Shown here one piece after another: positions 37,549 to 45,923 of a stretch of DNA of 64,000 bases. Source of the DNA: an uncultured Candidatus Saccharibacteria bacterium (lineage in GTDB: Bacteria > Patescibacteriota > Saccharimonadia > CAILAD01 > BJGX01); NCBI GenBank assembly GCA_964390265.1, contig CAYMHI010000004.1, forward strand, positions 922-64,921, given 5' to 3'. Made by a program: the position numbers and the translations under genes. The notes under the pieces were generated by a model that saw nothing but the letters and a program-made list of their open reading frames with translations, was not told the origin of the DNA and did no database searches. Each line of letters begins with the position of its first letter. Position 1 is the stretch's first letter.

Positions 37549-38346
37549 TTAGCTCGGCTGTTCTGCCAACTGCCTTTTGTGCTGCGCAATAACCTCGGTG
37601 TGAGCCTCGAGGATTTCTAGCTCTTTTACAACTTCGCTATACGGCATATTGCTACAGCTAGCATCAGAGCTCCGCTTTGGGGTTGGCATAGATATGGGCG
37701 AGAATACCACCAAGCCACCTGAGAACTTACAGCTCACCCCTAGAGCCTGCTTCAAAGCATTGAGCTTGGGTAGAGCATCGGAGTCAAGTGACTGGTTGAT
37801 CCAGTCTGGTACCCAATAGTGGTCTTCGGCGATTATCATTTGGGGGTGAGTAACCCAAAACCCTTCACGTTTAAGAGTTACCCTCAAGCCCCCGGGTTCA
37901 ATCCCCTGGTGGGCATAGATATCTTCTATTTCAGCCAAGCGAGCATCGTACGCATCAACAAACTCTCTATACGATTTCACTTGACCAACTCTAACCAGCT
38001 TGCACAGATTACATCGAATATCACTATTTTGGCTAAGTACGACCATCAGCTTTTTCCACGGGTTGTGAATATTACAGGTATAGGTTATTTGGTTTTTACC
38101 ACAGCCCACACAAGGGCCCAATAGCGTTACTCTGCCATCGAAAGCATTTTTGCGCTTAGGTGCGGACGCGCCGCTACTATAGCCCCTCACCTTGTAGCCG
38201 TTTATCTCAATCCCTTGCAGCCACAATCCTCTTTTGGCGGCCTCATCGAGAGTCAGCTGCACTTCACCAAAAAAATCATATTGCTGTTCTGATGGTGCAG
38301 GCATGCTTGCTCTTCTACCTTGATCGGCTCCAAACACTCTTCGCAT
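37549..38346 (-). CDS. Cys4 zinc-ribbon protein, paralog 1 (unknown function)
   Basis: FDFFG...TLD N-terminus; CVGCGK...RCNLCK zinc ribbon; C-terminal W-rich region homologous to the 38444..39265 gene. Start taken at ATG 38346 (a TTG 6 nt upstream is also possible). Confidence 0.55.
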   Translation of the reverse strand: MRRVFGADQGRRASMPAPSEQQYDFFGEVQLTLDEAAKRGLWLQGIEINGYKVRGYSSGASAPKRKNAFDGRVTLLGPCVGCGKNQITYTCNIHNPWKKLMVVLSQNSDIRCNLCKLVRVGQVKSYREFVDAYDARLAEIEDIYAHQGIEPGGLRVTLKREGFWVTHPQMIIAEDHYWVPDWINQSLDSDALPKLNALKQALGVSCKFSGGLVVFSPISMPTPKRSSDASCSNMPYSEVVKELEILEAHTEVIAQHKRQLAEQPS

Positions 38347-38352
38347 AGTCAA

Positions 38353-38440
38353 CTTATCTCTCCTTGGTAGGTACTAGGCAGTATTGTACAGTATATAAAT
38401 AAAATCCCCAAGAGTTTCTTGGGGTATTGGACGAGATAAT
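38353..38440 (-). promoter_or_regulatory. terminator-promoter-leader cassette, copy 2
   Basis: ~50 nt almost identical to 37464..37545 (TATTGTACAGTATATAAATAAAA-CCCCAAGA...TCTTGGGGTAT); hairpin 38405..38424; contains the GUACCUACCAAGGAG leader. Confidence 0.5.
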
Positions 38441-38443
38441 TAT

Positions 38444-39265
38444 TTACGGCTTGCTTCTCGACACTTGATGAGCCTGCTGAATAGCTTGGTGGGCTTGGTA
38501 CTTTTGGAGTAGATCCTGAGCCCGTTCGAGATCAATAAAGCCTCGGATAAAAAACAGATTATCCCACGTGGGGATTTGGCAGTATATCAAAAATCCTTCC
38601 TCAACCCTTAACTCCACCCCAAGCTCATTTGCAAAAGCTTGGTGTTGCTGCAGAGCTTGAGCGCTACCGGTTTGATCGATCCAGTTCGGGAACCAACCTG
38701 GCCAGCTACTATTGGTTAGGATACAGATGCCAGGGTGTTTTACTACACGCTTATCGAATGTAGGCTCAGCCTGGCCTTGACCGACGAAAGCCTGCACAAT
38801 TGCAGCCCTGCGTACCTGGCAGGCATCAACGTAATCTGCAAGCTTCCCAACGGTGCTAGACGTAACATTATTACACATCTCGCAACGAAAGCTGGAGTCG
38901 TTACGCCTATCACGCTCAATAATACTTGCAGGTTGGTTGATGTGATAGTTTTTTTTCACCCGACTGTGTCCGCAGTACCAACAGTCAGCTTCAACGACTA
39001 CCCTGCCTTCAAATGGACGTAGTCGCCATAAATCGGGAATGTGTTGATTACTACCCGAACCAACTCCAGCACGTACAAGATACTCACCAATTTCTAGCCC
39101 GCTGCCATATAGATATTTTTTGGTTTGATCGTCTAGCGTGACGCTGGCAATACCAAAAAAATCAAAAACCGTTTGTTCTGGCAGCTCGACAACAGCAATA
39201 TCGCTTGTAGCTTTTCCTCCTGGCGTTGATGTTTCATCTGATTTGTTTCTGCCCCTAAATGCCAC
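38444..39265 (-). CDS. Cys4 zinc-ribbon protein, paralog 2 (unknown function)
   Basis: FDFFG...TLDD; CWYCGH...RCEMCN; homologous C-terminal region. Start reassigned to GTG 39265, 10 nt after AAGGAGG; the ORF-track ATG at 39310 lies upstream of the conserved leader and SD. Confidence 0.55.
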   Translation of the reverse strand: MAFRGRNKSDETSTPGGKATSDIAVVELPEQTVFDFFGIASVTLDDQTKKYLYGSGLEIGEYLVRAGVGSGSNQHIPDLWRLRPFEGRVVVEADCWYCGHSRVKKNYHINQPASIIERDRRNDSSFRCEMCNNVTSSTVGKLADYVDACQVRRAAIVQAFVGQGQAEPTFDKRVVKHPGICILTNSSWPGWFPNWIDQTGSAQALQQHQAFANELGVELRVEEGFLIYCQIPTWDNLFFIRGFIDLERAQDLLQKYQAHQAIQQAHQVSRSKP

Positions 39266-39322
39266 TAGCAACCTTCCTCCTTGGTAGGTACACCTGAGCG
39301 ACTTGCCCATAAATCATTGGCT

Positions 39323-39351
39323 ATTGTATGCACATAAGCTGTTATTGTCAA
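39323..39351 (-). promoter_or_regulatory. consensus sigma70-type promoter TTGACA-17-TACAAT
   Basis: Read on the minus strand: TTGACA ataacagcttatgtgca TACAAT, ~55 nt upstream of the GTG start of the 38444..39265 gene. Confidence 0.5.
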
Positions 39352-39492
39352 TCTACTCAGCAACATGCTACAATCCTACCCAAGAGTCTAATATGTGCAT
39401 TCATGGCCAATGGGGTTACCCGAGGCTACCCGGCTCTTACTGCACCTACCCACCCACCATAGCCAGTGGCGTATGCCGAGGCGATTGGAGAA

Positions 39493-40026
39493 ATGAACAT
39501 GACAATGACCAAGAGTTTTTACACCGATTGGCTGCTTAGCAAATTGCGTGGCGACGAGATAGTGTTGCGCATGAATGCGAGTACCCAGCAGTATAAGCAG
39601 CGCGCCAATATTGCCCGCGGTGAAGCATTTGCCTACTACTCAGATGCCGAGATGCCTATGGCCTGCCACATTCTCTACCGCGCATGGGTACAGCCAGATG
39701 GCAAGAATTACCTCTACGATCTCATTCAGACACCTTTCCCCCATGCTACGGCTGAGTGGGAAAATACAATCATGGAGATCATCAAAAACTGGAGTAGTGC
39801 GTGGCTAGCTGATGAAAGTAATGTTTTTACTCTGCAGACACCATTCAATCAAATGGTGGTCAAATCGCACCCCACTGTGCTAACCCACTTGGCGCGAATG
39901 CACGGTATGCTAGTATATCGCCCAAGCGACCCATTCGCGGCGGTACTCAGAGACATTGCCGCTAAGCGACTAGATGCCGTCATCAGAAATGGTGGCCGCG
40001 ACTGGGCCAGTGCCCTAGGTATGTAA
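39493..40026 (+). CDS. hypothetical protein (orphan, GC-rich islet)
   Basis: Start placed at the ATG cluster after GGAG (39487); no recognisable domain. Confidence 0.45.
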   Translation: MNMTMTKSFYTDWLLSKLRGDEIVLRMNASTQQYKQRANIARGEAFAYYSDAEMPMACHILYRAWVQPDGKNYLYDLIQTPFPHATAEWENTIMEIIKNWSSAWLADESNVFTLQTPFNQMVVKSHPTVLTHLARMHGMLVYRPSDPFAAVLRDIAAKRLDAVIRNGGRDWASALGM

Positions 40027-40148
40027 ACCTTACCCCGATGTATTTCGGGGCTTTTTTATATAAAACTTATTAAAAAGGCTATGCTTGTTATTTCTTATCT
40101 AGATATGATAGAATATGCAAGTCATACTGTCGAGCGTAAGGCAAATAG

Positions 40149-40571
40149 ATGGATCTCAAACCACTACCTAATAATGGCGATGTATCGCCAGAAGAGTTTA
40201 AAAGGCTCTTTGAAGAACGTCTGGGCAACCTATACTCACGAGCAATGAGCGCCTTGATGACCTTGGGTGCCATGCATTCATTTAGCGTCGCCAATTGCAT
40301 TCATCTTGGTTTGCAAAAAGGAAATGTTGAGATAGTGGTAGAGAAAATAGAACAATGGTGTGAACTTTTCCCGAAAGCACCAGATGCAATTACGGCACAT
40401 GTGGATACTAAGCTTTTCTTTGATATTTTGTATCCAAGACTATTTATGACCCCCCATGATACCATTGACGGCCTAGGGCCATTTGAGGTGGTTGGTGAAT
40501 CTAAAACAAACAGGTATTTAACATACGCACCAATGAGCAGCGAACCCAAACTTTGGGTGCCTGGCTCCTAA
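40149..40571 (+). CDS. hypothetical protein (orphan)
   Basis: 140 aa, no recognisable domain; followed by terminator hairpin 40577..40612. Confidence 0.45.
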   Translation: MDLKPLPNNGDVSPEEFKRLFEERLGNLYSRAMSALMTLGAMHSFSVANCIHLGLQKGNVEIVVEKIEQWCELFPKAPDAITAHVDTKLFFDILYPRLFMTPHDTIDGLGPFEVVGESKTNRYLTYAPMSSEPKLWVPGS

Positions 40572-40576
40572 AAATA

Positions 40577-40612
40577 CAATCTCTAGTAATCAAACTAGAG
40601 ATTTTTATTTTA
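40577..40612 (+). terminator. rho-independent terminator (AATCTCTAGT-loop-ACTAGAGATT + T-run)
   Basis: 10-bp perfect stem followed by TTTTATTTTA. Confidence 0.6.
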
Positions 40613-40709
40613 TGAATATTCGAAGGCTTTTACCTGCTAAATATATTTTAGCTGTCTAAAAAAATGGCTTTAGTATTTAACTAAAACCATTAATACCCTA
40701 CTCATCAAT

Positions 40710-41066
40710 TCAGTTGGGGCCGCCAAAAAACCCAATACAAACTCCAACCGATGGCACCTCGGCCCCTGGCAAGTGGGAGCATAAATAGTAAATAGCATCG
40801 GTCATCTCATCTTCAATCTCTTCTAGATCACCGTCACGTTCACGAGTCCACCACGCCATACAACTAAACCCAATATCTACCGGCATACTGCTTGTAGGGA
40901 GAGCCTTGTAGACCGTTACCTGCTGCCCTGGTTGCATAGTCTCACCCCAGAATTCGTTGAAAAGTGCGGCAGTAATCTGTTCGACTAGGCGTTCAAAATC
41001 ATCTCCCCAACACTTTTTTACTGCAGCATCGCCCTTGGGCGTTCTCATTTGGTGTATGTGTGGCAT
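40710..41066 (-). CDS. hypothetical protein (orphan)
   Basis: 118 aa; 5' leader carries CACCUACCAAAAGGA, related to the motif of neighbouring genes. Confidence 0.45.
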   Translation of the reverse strand: MPHIHQMRTPKGDAAVKKCWGDDFERLVEQITAALFNEFWGETMQPGQQVTVYKALPTSSMPVDIGFSCMAWWTRERDGDLEEIEDEMTDAIYYLCSHLPGAEVPSVGVCIGFFGGPN

Positions 41067-41239
41067 GTGCTATCCTTTTGGTAGGTGCTTGATTACTGGC
41101 ATATAATACACTTAGTTTGAAATATTTTCAAGCAATATAAGAAAGGTGAAGTAGTAATAATAGGTAGTAAAACAGCTCATAGAATATTTTCTACGAGCTG
41201 TTACAGGGCTAGCTGCCCGGGCAAACTAGGGCGATTTGT

Positions 41240-41614
41240 CTATACTACAACCTCACCTGTCACCATACAGTCAGTACTGATGGCTATACCTACTGTTAAT
41301 TCACCAAATATGATATTGGTGAAAATGACACGTACTTCTTCGGGGTCAATGCCTTCAATGGTGAATTCGATTGCACGAGGATCATCTGGGTCAAAATGAG
41401 TGGTTACTTGCCGAAAAACACCCAGGCATCCAACTATAATATCACCAACTTCAAACAATGCCCCAGATTTTACAAGCTCATCGAGCTTGGCGCTTGGAAA
41501 GTCCATACTCGGCAGAAGATCTGGCATGACTAGCTCTACATTGGTCTGAACTCTCCAGCGATTATCGCCGTCTACGTTTGTGTATGCGGTGATTTGAATA
41601 TTTTCTGCCATCAC
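41240..41614 (-). CDS. hypothetical protein (orphan)
   Basis: 124 aa; leader CCUAUCUAAAAGAGAAGGG resembles the MOSC gene leader. Confidence 0.45.
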   Translation of the reverse strand: MMAENIQITAYTNVDGDNRWRVQTNVELVMPDLLPSMDFPSAKLDELVKSGALFEVGDIIVGCLGVFRQVTTHFDPDDPRAIEFTIEGIDPEEVRVIFTNIIFGELTVGIAISTDCMVTGEVVV

Positions 41615-41756
41615 CCTTCTCTTTTAGATAGGCTACATTGGCAAACAATACTATATCATTAAATACATCAGATTCCAACCATAACAATTAGACGTTTGGG
41701 CAGTCAAAGTGACTGCAAAATTACATGTTGTTGTACATTTGCCCGTAATTACTCAT

Positions 41757-41789
41757 CAAAAAAAGACCAGTTTATATCTGATCTTTTTT
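41757..41789 (-). terminator. rho-independent terminator immediately 3' of tmRNA
   Basis: Minus-strand AAGAUCAG-AUAUAA-ACUGGUCUU + U7, directly after the encoded CCA. Confidence 0.55.
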
Positions 41790-42179
41790 TGGTGGAGCTG
41801 GAGGGAATCGCACCCTCGTCCACGAGGCTTAACGATATATCGTCTACAAGCATAGTTGATTTAAGATTGTTTTAAAAGTTATCTACCCCATTAATCAACA
41901 AACAGGTAAATCGCTTCTTAGAGCTATAGTCTTAGACGCTCTCGGCTCTAAGCAAGATCGTAGCAACCAGATAATTGGCGCCTACTTACTAATCTGGCGT
42001 CGGTAAGTGAGACGGCACACTCAATTAAGCGTATGCTGGTGCAAAGCTAGGAGTGCGTACTGCATTCACTAGATTGCGCATAAGTGTATTTGCACTTAAA
42101 TTGTTGGAACGGCTAACGTGCATTCCAGGTCGGCTCGCAAATATATTTTAAGGTCCCCATGTCGAAGCTTAGCAGCCCC
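41790..42179 (-). ncRNA. ssrA: transfer-messenger RNA (tmRNA, SsrA), ~390 nt, CCA encoded
   Basis: 5' GGGGCUGCUAAGCUUCGACAUGGGG; 3' GGACGAGGGUGCGAUUCCCUCCAGCUCCACCA (E. coli: GGACGCGGGUUCAACUCCCGCCAGCUCCACCA). Acceptor stem GGGGCUG/CAGCUCC has the G3-U70 alanine identity pair. Internal frame ...AVRTPSFAPAYA-UAA is a candidate tag. Confidence 0.85.
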
Positions 42180-42302
42180 ATAACCAAGTATTTTACTTGT
42201 ATTTGTGCGTATTGTCAAGAGCGCTTATGGTTTTGTTAATTAGATAATTGACTATATCTATTGCTTGGTCTAGAATTAAGCATAAGAATAATCCACTCTA
42301 CT

Positions 42303-43487
42303 ATGCCAGCAAAAACCAAGGCCAAGAGCCGAGTTAGTAAAAAGAATCGCTACAAGAAAATATCTGTCCCCAAATGGGCGCTGATACTTATAGTATTGGT
42401 ATTTACCAGTCTGGGTGTGTTTTTAATTTACACCTCTTTTGCCTCAGCCAAGCCCAACCTGAGGTTTCAGATATTAAAAAATGAGGCTTGCACCAACTTT
42501 GTAGGTGCCAGCAACTCTAACGTACATATACGAATATTCAGGACTACAGGCTCAGAGACTATTAACAATATATCGGTAAAAGTAGACGGTAGTCCGGTCG
42601 CCACCAGCCCAAGCTCAATCAACGGTCCAGTCACCAACTTAATGATCGCTAGCCCTAACTTAAGCCCATCTCCATCTAATCACACCATTACTGTATTTGG
42701 TAGAAAGGGCTCTCAAAACGTAGAGTTTCAGCCATATTGTGAGGCTAGCGGCAGCACCAACCGCGTAGTAACGGTTACTCCCACCACACCAGTGCCGCCA
42801 GTAGCTCCTGGTAATTCAGGTCAAGGAACTGGTCTAGAGTCTAGCACAGGGGGTGCAAGATATTTACAAGTGTCACCTAAGCGATTTAGAGTATGGGAAC
42901 AAGCCAATATGTACGACTTAGATACACTTCAGGTAACAAGAGTGCTGAACCCTGGAGATATTCTCAACAATGTCACCCGCCTGGCTTATCTCAACGGTGC
43001 CTATTTTATCTCGCAAAACCCATCTAGCACTAATGGTAAAAATACCGGTATATTTGCTAATAAAGCATTTGAGATAAACTCTGCAGGCAATCCCTCCAGT
43101 GGTTTGCGTATGGTAAACGGTATGCCTCTGTCCAACCACCGCACCATAGGTGGCGAGTGTACTTCACAAAGGGTTTGGCACGAGGGGCTAAATAATAATC
43201 TTGTAGCGGCCATACAGCGCATTGAGCTACATTTGGGCAGAGAAGTACCATTAGTAACGGCATTTCGTTCATATAACGAGCAGAGTTGCCTATACAACAG
43301 ATATGCTGGCACCGGCCAGCCAGTCGCCTCGCCTGGCACCTCCAACCACGAGAGAGGCATGGCTGTAGATGTAGACAGAACCTGGCTTAACAGCAGTAAT
43401 TATCGCGATATATTTAGACAGTACTCACTGTGCGAGAATGTTTCAAACGACCCAGGACATTTTGAGATTTGTGGCGGTAAACGTTAG
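42303..43487 (+). CDS. membrane-anchored peptidase M15 (VanY/LAS-family D-Ala-D-Ala carboxypeptidase-like)
   Basis: N-terminal TM; C-terminal ...TAFRSYNEQ...SPGTSNHERGMAVDVD (S-x-H-x-x-G-x-A-x-D zinc-ligand pattern). Start at MPAKTKAK (the ORF-track start is 14 codons upstream). Confidence 0.65.
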   Translation: MPAKTKAKSRVSKKNRYKKISVPKWALILIVLVFTSLGVFLIYTSFASAKPNLRFQILKNEACTNFVGASNSNVHIRIFRTTGSETINNISVKVDGSPVATSPSSINGPVTNLMIASPNLSPSPSNHTITVFGRKGSQNVEFQPYCEASGSTNRVVTVTPTTPVPPVAPGNSGQGTGLESSTGGARYLQVSPKRFRVWEQANMYDLDTLQVTRVLNPGDILNNVTRLAYLNGAYFISQNPSSTNGKNTGIFANKAFEINSAGNPSSGLRMVNGMPLSNHRTIGGECTSQRVWHEGLNNNLVAAIQRIELHLGREVPLVTAFRSYNEQSCLYNRYAGTGQPVASPGTSNHERGMAVDVDRTWLNSSNYRDIFRQYSLCENVSNDPGHFEICGGKR

Positions 43488-43539
43488 AATTTACAAAATC
43501 AAATAATAGATAGTTTCTTAATACAGACTATAGATAATT

Positions 43540-44757
43540 TTAGGAGTTAGTTTCTTTGTTATTATAATTTGCTATCACCTCTCGATACATCTGATTGTAT
43601 TTAACCCAAGTATCTTTAATATTGTGTTGTTTTATTAACTTCAAGCTCCCCCTGCTATATTCTTTAAGCCTAACAGGGTCCTGCAATACCCCACCCACTA
43701 ACCGTGCTAATTCAACTGGATTGCCGTCACTAAAAATTCCGCCATTAATGCCTTTAATAGCCAACTCCTTAAGTGCACCTTTATTGCCAGCAAATATTGG
43801 TAAGCCAGCTGCCATGGCTTCGAGAGTTACAATGCTTTGAAGTTCTACCGGCGAAGCAATAACAAATGCATCGCACAGAGCCATATACTCGTGCTTGGTA
43901 AAAATTCTAGGAACATAACCGGTAAATATTACCTTATTTGCTAGATTGAGCTTGTTCACTAATCGTTTAAGGCCCCTTTCGGCGTTGCCATCACCTATCA
44001 ACACAAGCTGCACGTCATTTTGTTTCTCAAGTATGCTAAGGGCGCGAATAATCACATCTATTCGTTTCTCTACTCCTAGCCTGCCTGCGTATAGCAACAC
44101 ATATTGGGCAGTGATCCCTAGCTTTTTTTTGAGCTCCTCTGTCCTTTCAGGCGTAAGTTCGATAGGCTTATTAAGCTTGAGGTCAAGACCATTAGAGATA
44201 ACAGTAGTAGGCACTTTTAGACCATGGCGTGTGAGGTAATTTATACCCGTCTGCGTGGGTGAAACTACCATATTTCCTTTATTGTAAACACTTGCGATGT
44301 AGTGCCATCCCCAGCCATCAATAGTTTTATTAATTCTTCTAAATCTTCTCAAGCTCAATGTAAAACTCTCAGGCATAAGATGATTACCAAAAACTATCGG
44401 TATATGGTGTGATTTGGCATAACGTAGCAGAACCTTGCTTATTGGAAACAAATTGTTGGCGTGAATTACATCGGGCTGGTTCTTATTGGCCTCAAGATAG
44501 CCATTAATTTGTGACTGAGCCCGCCAAGCAACTCGTAGTTTTTTTTGAAACAAAGCACTCACAGATTGAACGCGCAAGATATCGTAGCCCATCGCGTCTT
44601 TTTGAATTTTGGGGGTTTGCATGCCTTTTGGTGCAGGTGCAATCACTGTTACTCGCCAGCCCGATCGCACCATATTAATAGCCATATTCTCTGTCACGGT
44701 TTCGGTGCCGCCAATACTTGGCTTGAACAAGTCTGAACCAATTAATAGATGCTTCAT
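43540..44757 (-). CDS. glycosyltransferase family 4
   Basis: GT-B fold; E-x7-E-type C-terminal motif ...EAMAAGLPIFAGNKGALKE... Confidence 0.85.
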   Translation of the reverse strand: MKHLLIGSDLFKPSIGGTETVTENMAINMVRSGWRVTVIAPAPKGMQTPKIQKDAMGYDILRVQSVSALFQKKLRVAWRAQSQINGYLEANKNQPDVIHANNLFPISKVLLRYAKSHHIPIVFGNHLMPESFTLSLRRFRRINKTIDGWGWHYIASVYNKGNMVVSPTQTGINYLTRHGLKVPTTVISNGLDLKLNKPIELTPERTEELKKKLGITAQYVLLYAGRLGVEKRIDVIIRALSILEKQNDVQLVLIGDGNAERGLKRLVNKLNLANKVIFTGYVPRIFTKHEYMALCDAFVIASPVELQSIVTLEAMAAGLPIFAGNKGALKELAIKGINGGIFSDGNPVELARLVGGVLQDPVRLKEYSRGSLKLIKQHNIKDTWVKYNQMYREVIANYNNKETNS

Positions 44758-44804
44758 AATCCAATTATAGCTTATTTTGGAGTTCTTATATATGATGATA
44801 TAAG

Positions 44805-45914
44805 ATGAAAAAAGTACTGATTCTTACCACCAGCTATGGCCAAGGTCACATTGCCACAGCTCGGGCAATTGAAGAAGGCCTTAGGGCTACAAGTAAGTCA
44901 CCACTTTCTGTAGAGATAGTTGATTTTACTGAGACAATCAGCAATCTTCTAAATAAAACATCAAAACGAATGTATGAAGATACTTCTAAATATGCCCCTC
45001 TACTATACAAATTATTTTTTGATTCTACCGATTTCTCACTACCTTTTAAGGCCTTAAATAGCTTCAATTACTATCTAAGCCGCGAAAAGATAGATAAGCT
45101 TTTTGTTCAAAAAGACCCAGATTTGATAATATGCAACTCGCCGCATTGGCAATATATAGCCTCGCTAGCTAGAGAGAAAAAATTTGCCGATGTACCGCTA
45201 ATATCAGTTATAACAGATTCAATTACTATTCATGCATCTTGGACGATTGGTGACTCAGACTACTACATTGTACCTAACCACGAAACAGCACAGTCACTAC
45301 GCTACCTAGGGGTGGAGCCTGACAAAATAGAAGAGCTAGGTTACCCCATCAGTTTAGCATTTAATGATCATTCTTTTTCGGCCCAAATATTTATTACGGC
45401 CTTAGGCCTCGATAATAACAAAAAAACTTTACTAGTCGCGGCTTCTGGTATGCGCTCGACAACCATTAGTAAAACTATTCGCCAACTTCAGGCCACTATC
45501 TTAGATGCACAGGTCATAGTAGTAACTGGTAGGGACAAAATTTTGTACGATAAACTGAAAACCAATTTTGGCCCCACCATTCATCTAGTTGACTGGACCA
45601 ACGAAATGCCAAAATTTATTTTGGCAAGTGATCTTATTATAACCAAAGCTGGCGGGTCGACTGTGATGGAGTGTATTGGCGCCCAAAAACCAGTAATAAT
45701 CTGCAAAATAATCCCCGGTCAAGAAGAAGGCAATGCCGAATATATTACCAAACACCACCTAGGAGTAGTTGCCCTAGAGCCCGATATGATAGGGCACGCT
45801 GCCCAAAAAATACTAACTCACCAAGGTATATATAAACGCAACCTAAAACAAGCGGCACAACCAAATGCAGCGCTTACTATTGCTAAATTTTTGATCAAGC
45901 TAATGAATAAATAG
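44805..45914 (+). CDS. UgtP/MGDG-synthase-like diacylglycerol glycosyltransferase (GT28)
   Basis: N-terminal KVLILTTSYGQGHIATARAIEEGL (UgtP/YpfP signature), C-terminal GT28 region. Confidence 0.75.
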   Translation: MKKVLILTTSYGQGHIATARAIEEGLRATSKSPLSVEIVDFTETISNLLNKTSKRMYEDTSKYAPLLYKLFFDSTDFSLPFKALNSFNYYLSREKIDKLFVQKDPDLIICNSPHWQYIASLAREKKFADVPLISVITDSITIHASWTIGDSDYYIVPNHETAQSLRYLGVEPDKIEELGYPISLAFNDHSFSAQIFITALGLDNNKKTLLVAASGMRSTTISKTIRQLQATILDAQVIVVTGRDKILYDKLKTNFGPTIHLVDWTNEMPKFILASDLIITKAGGSTVMECIGAQKPVIICKIIPGQEEGNAEYITKHHLGVVALEPDMIGHAAQKILTHQGIYKRNLKQAAQPNAALTIAKFLIKLMNK

Positions 45915-45923
45915 AGTATCAGC

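Noticed and set aside
39266-39310. ATG start of the 288-aa ORF as given in the ORF track.
   Set aside because: The conserved leader GUACCUACCAAGGAGG lies inside this extension. The GTG 10 nt after the SD (39265) fits the pattern of the paralogous neighbour.
36300-41790. Prophage or integrative element at the tmRNA 3' end.
   Set aside because: No integrase, recombinase, phage structural gene or clear att direct repeat is visible; there is only a weak 11/15 match to the tmRNA 3' end at ~36326. It is reported as a compositional islet rather than a mobile element.
41791-41825. tRNA-like T-arm/acceptor (GAGGG-UGCGAUU-CCCUC-CAGCUCC-A-CCA) that could be mistaken for a tRNA gene.
   Set aside because: There is no D-arm or anticodon arm in the adjacent 80 nt, and the cognate 5' half lies 350 nt away (GGGGCUG…UUCGAC). 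It is the tRNA-like domain of tmRNA, not a tRNA.
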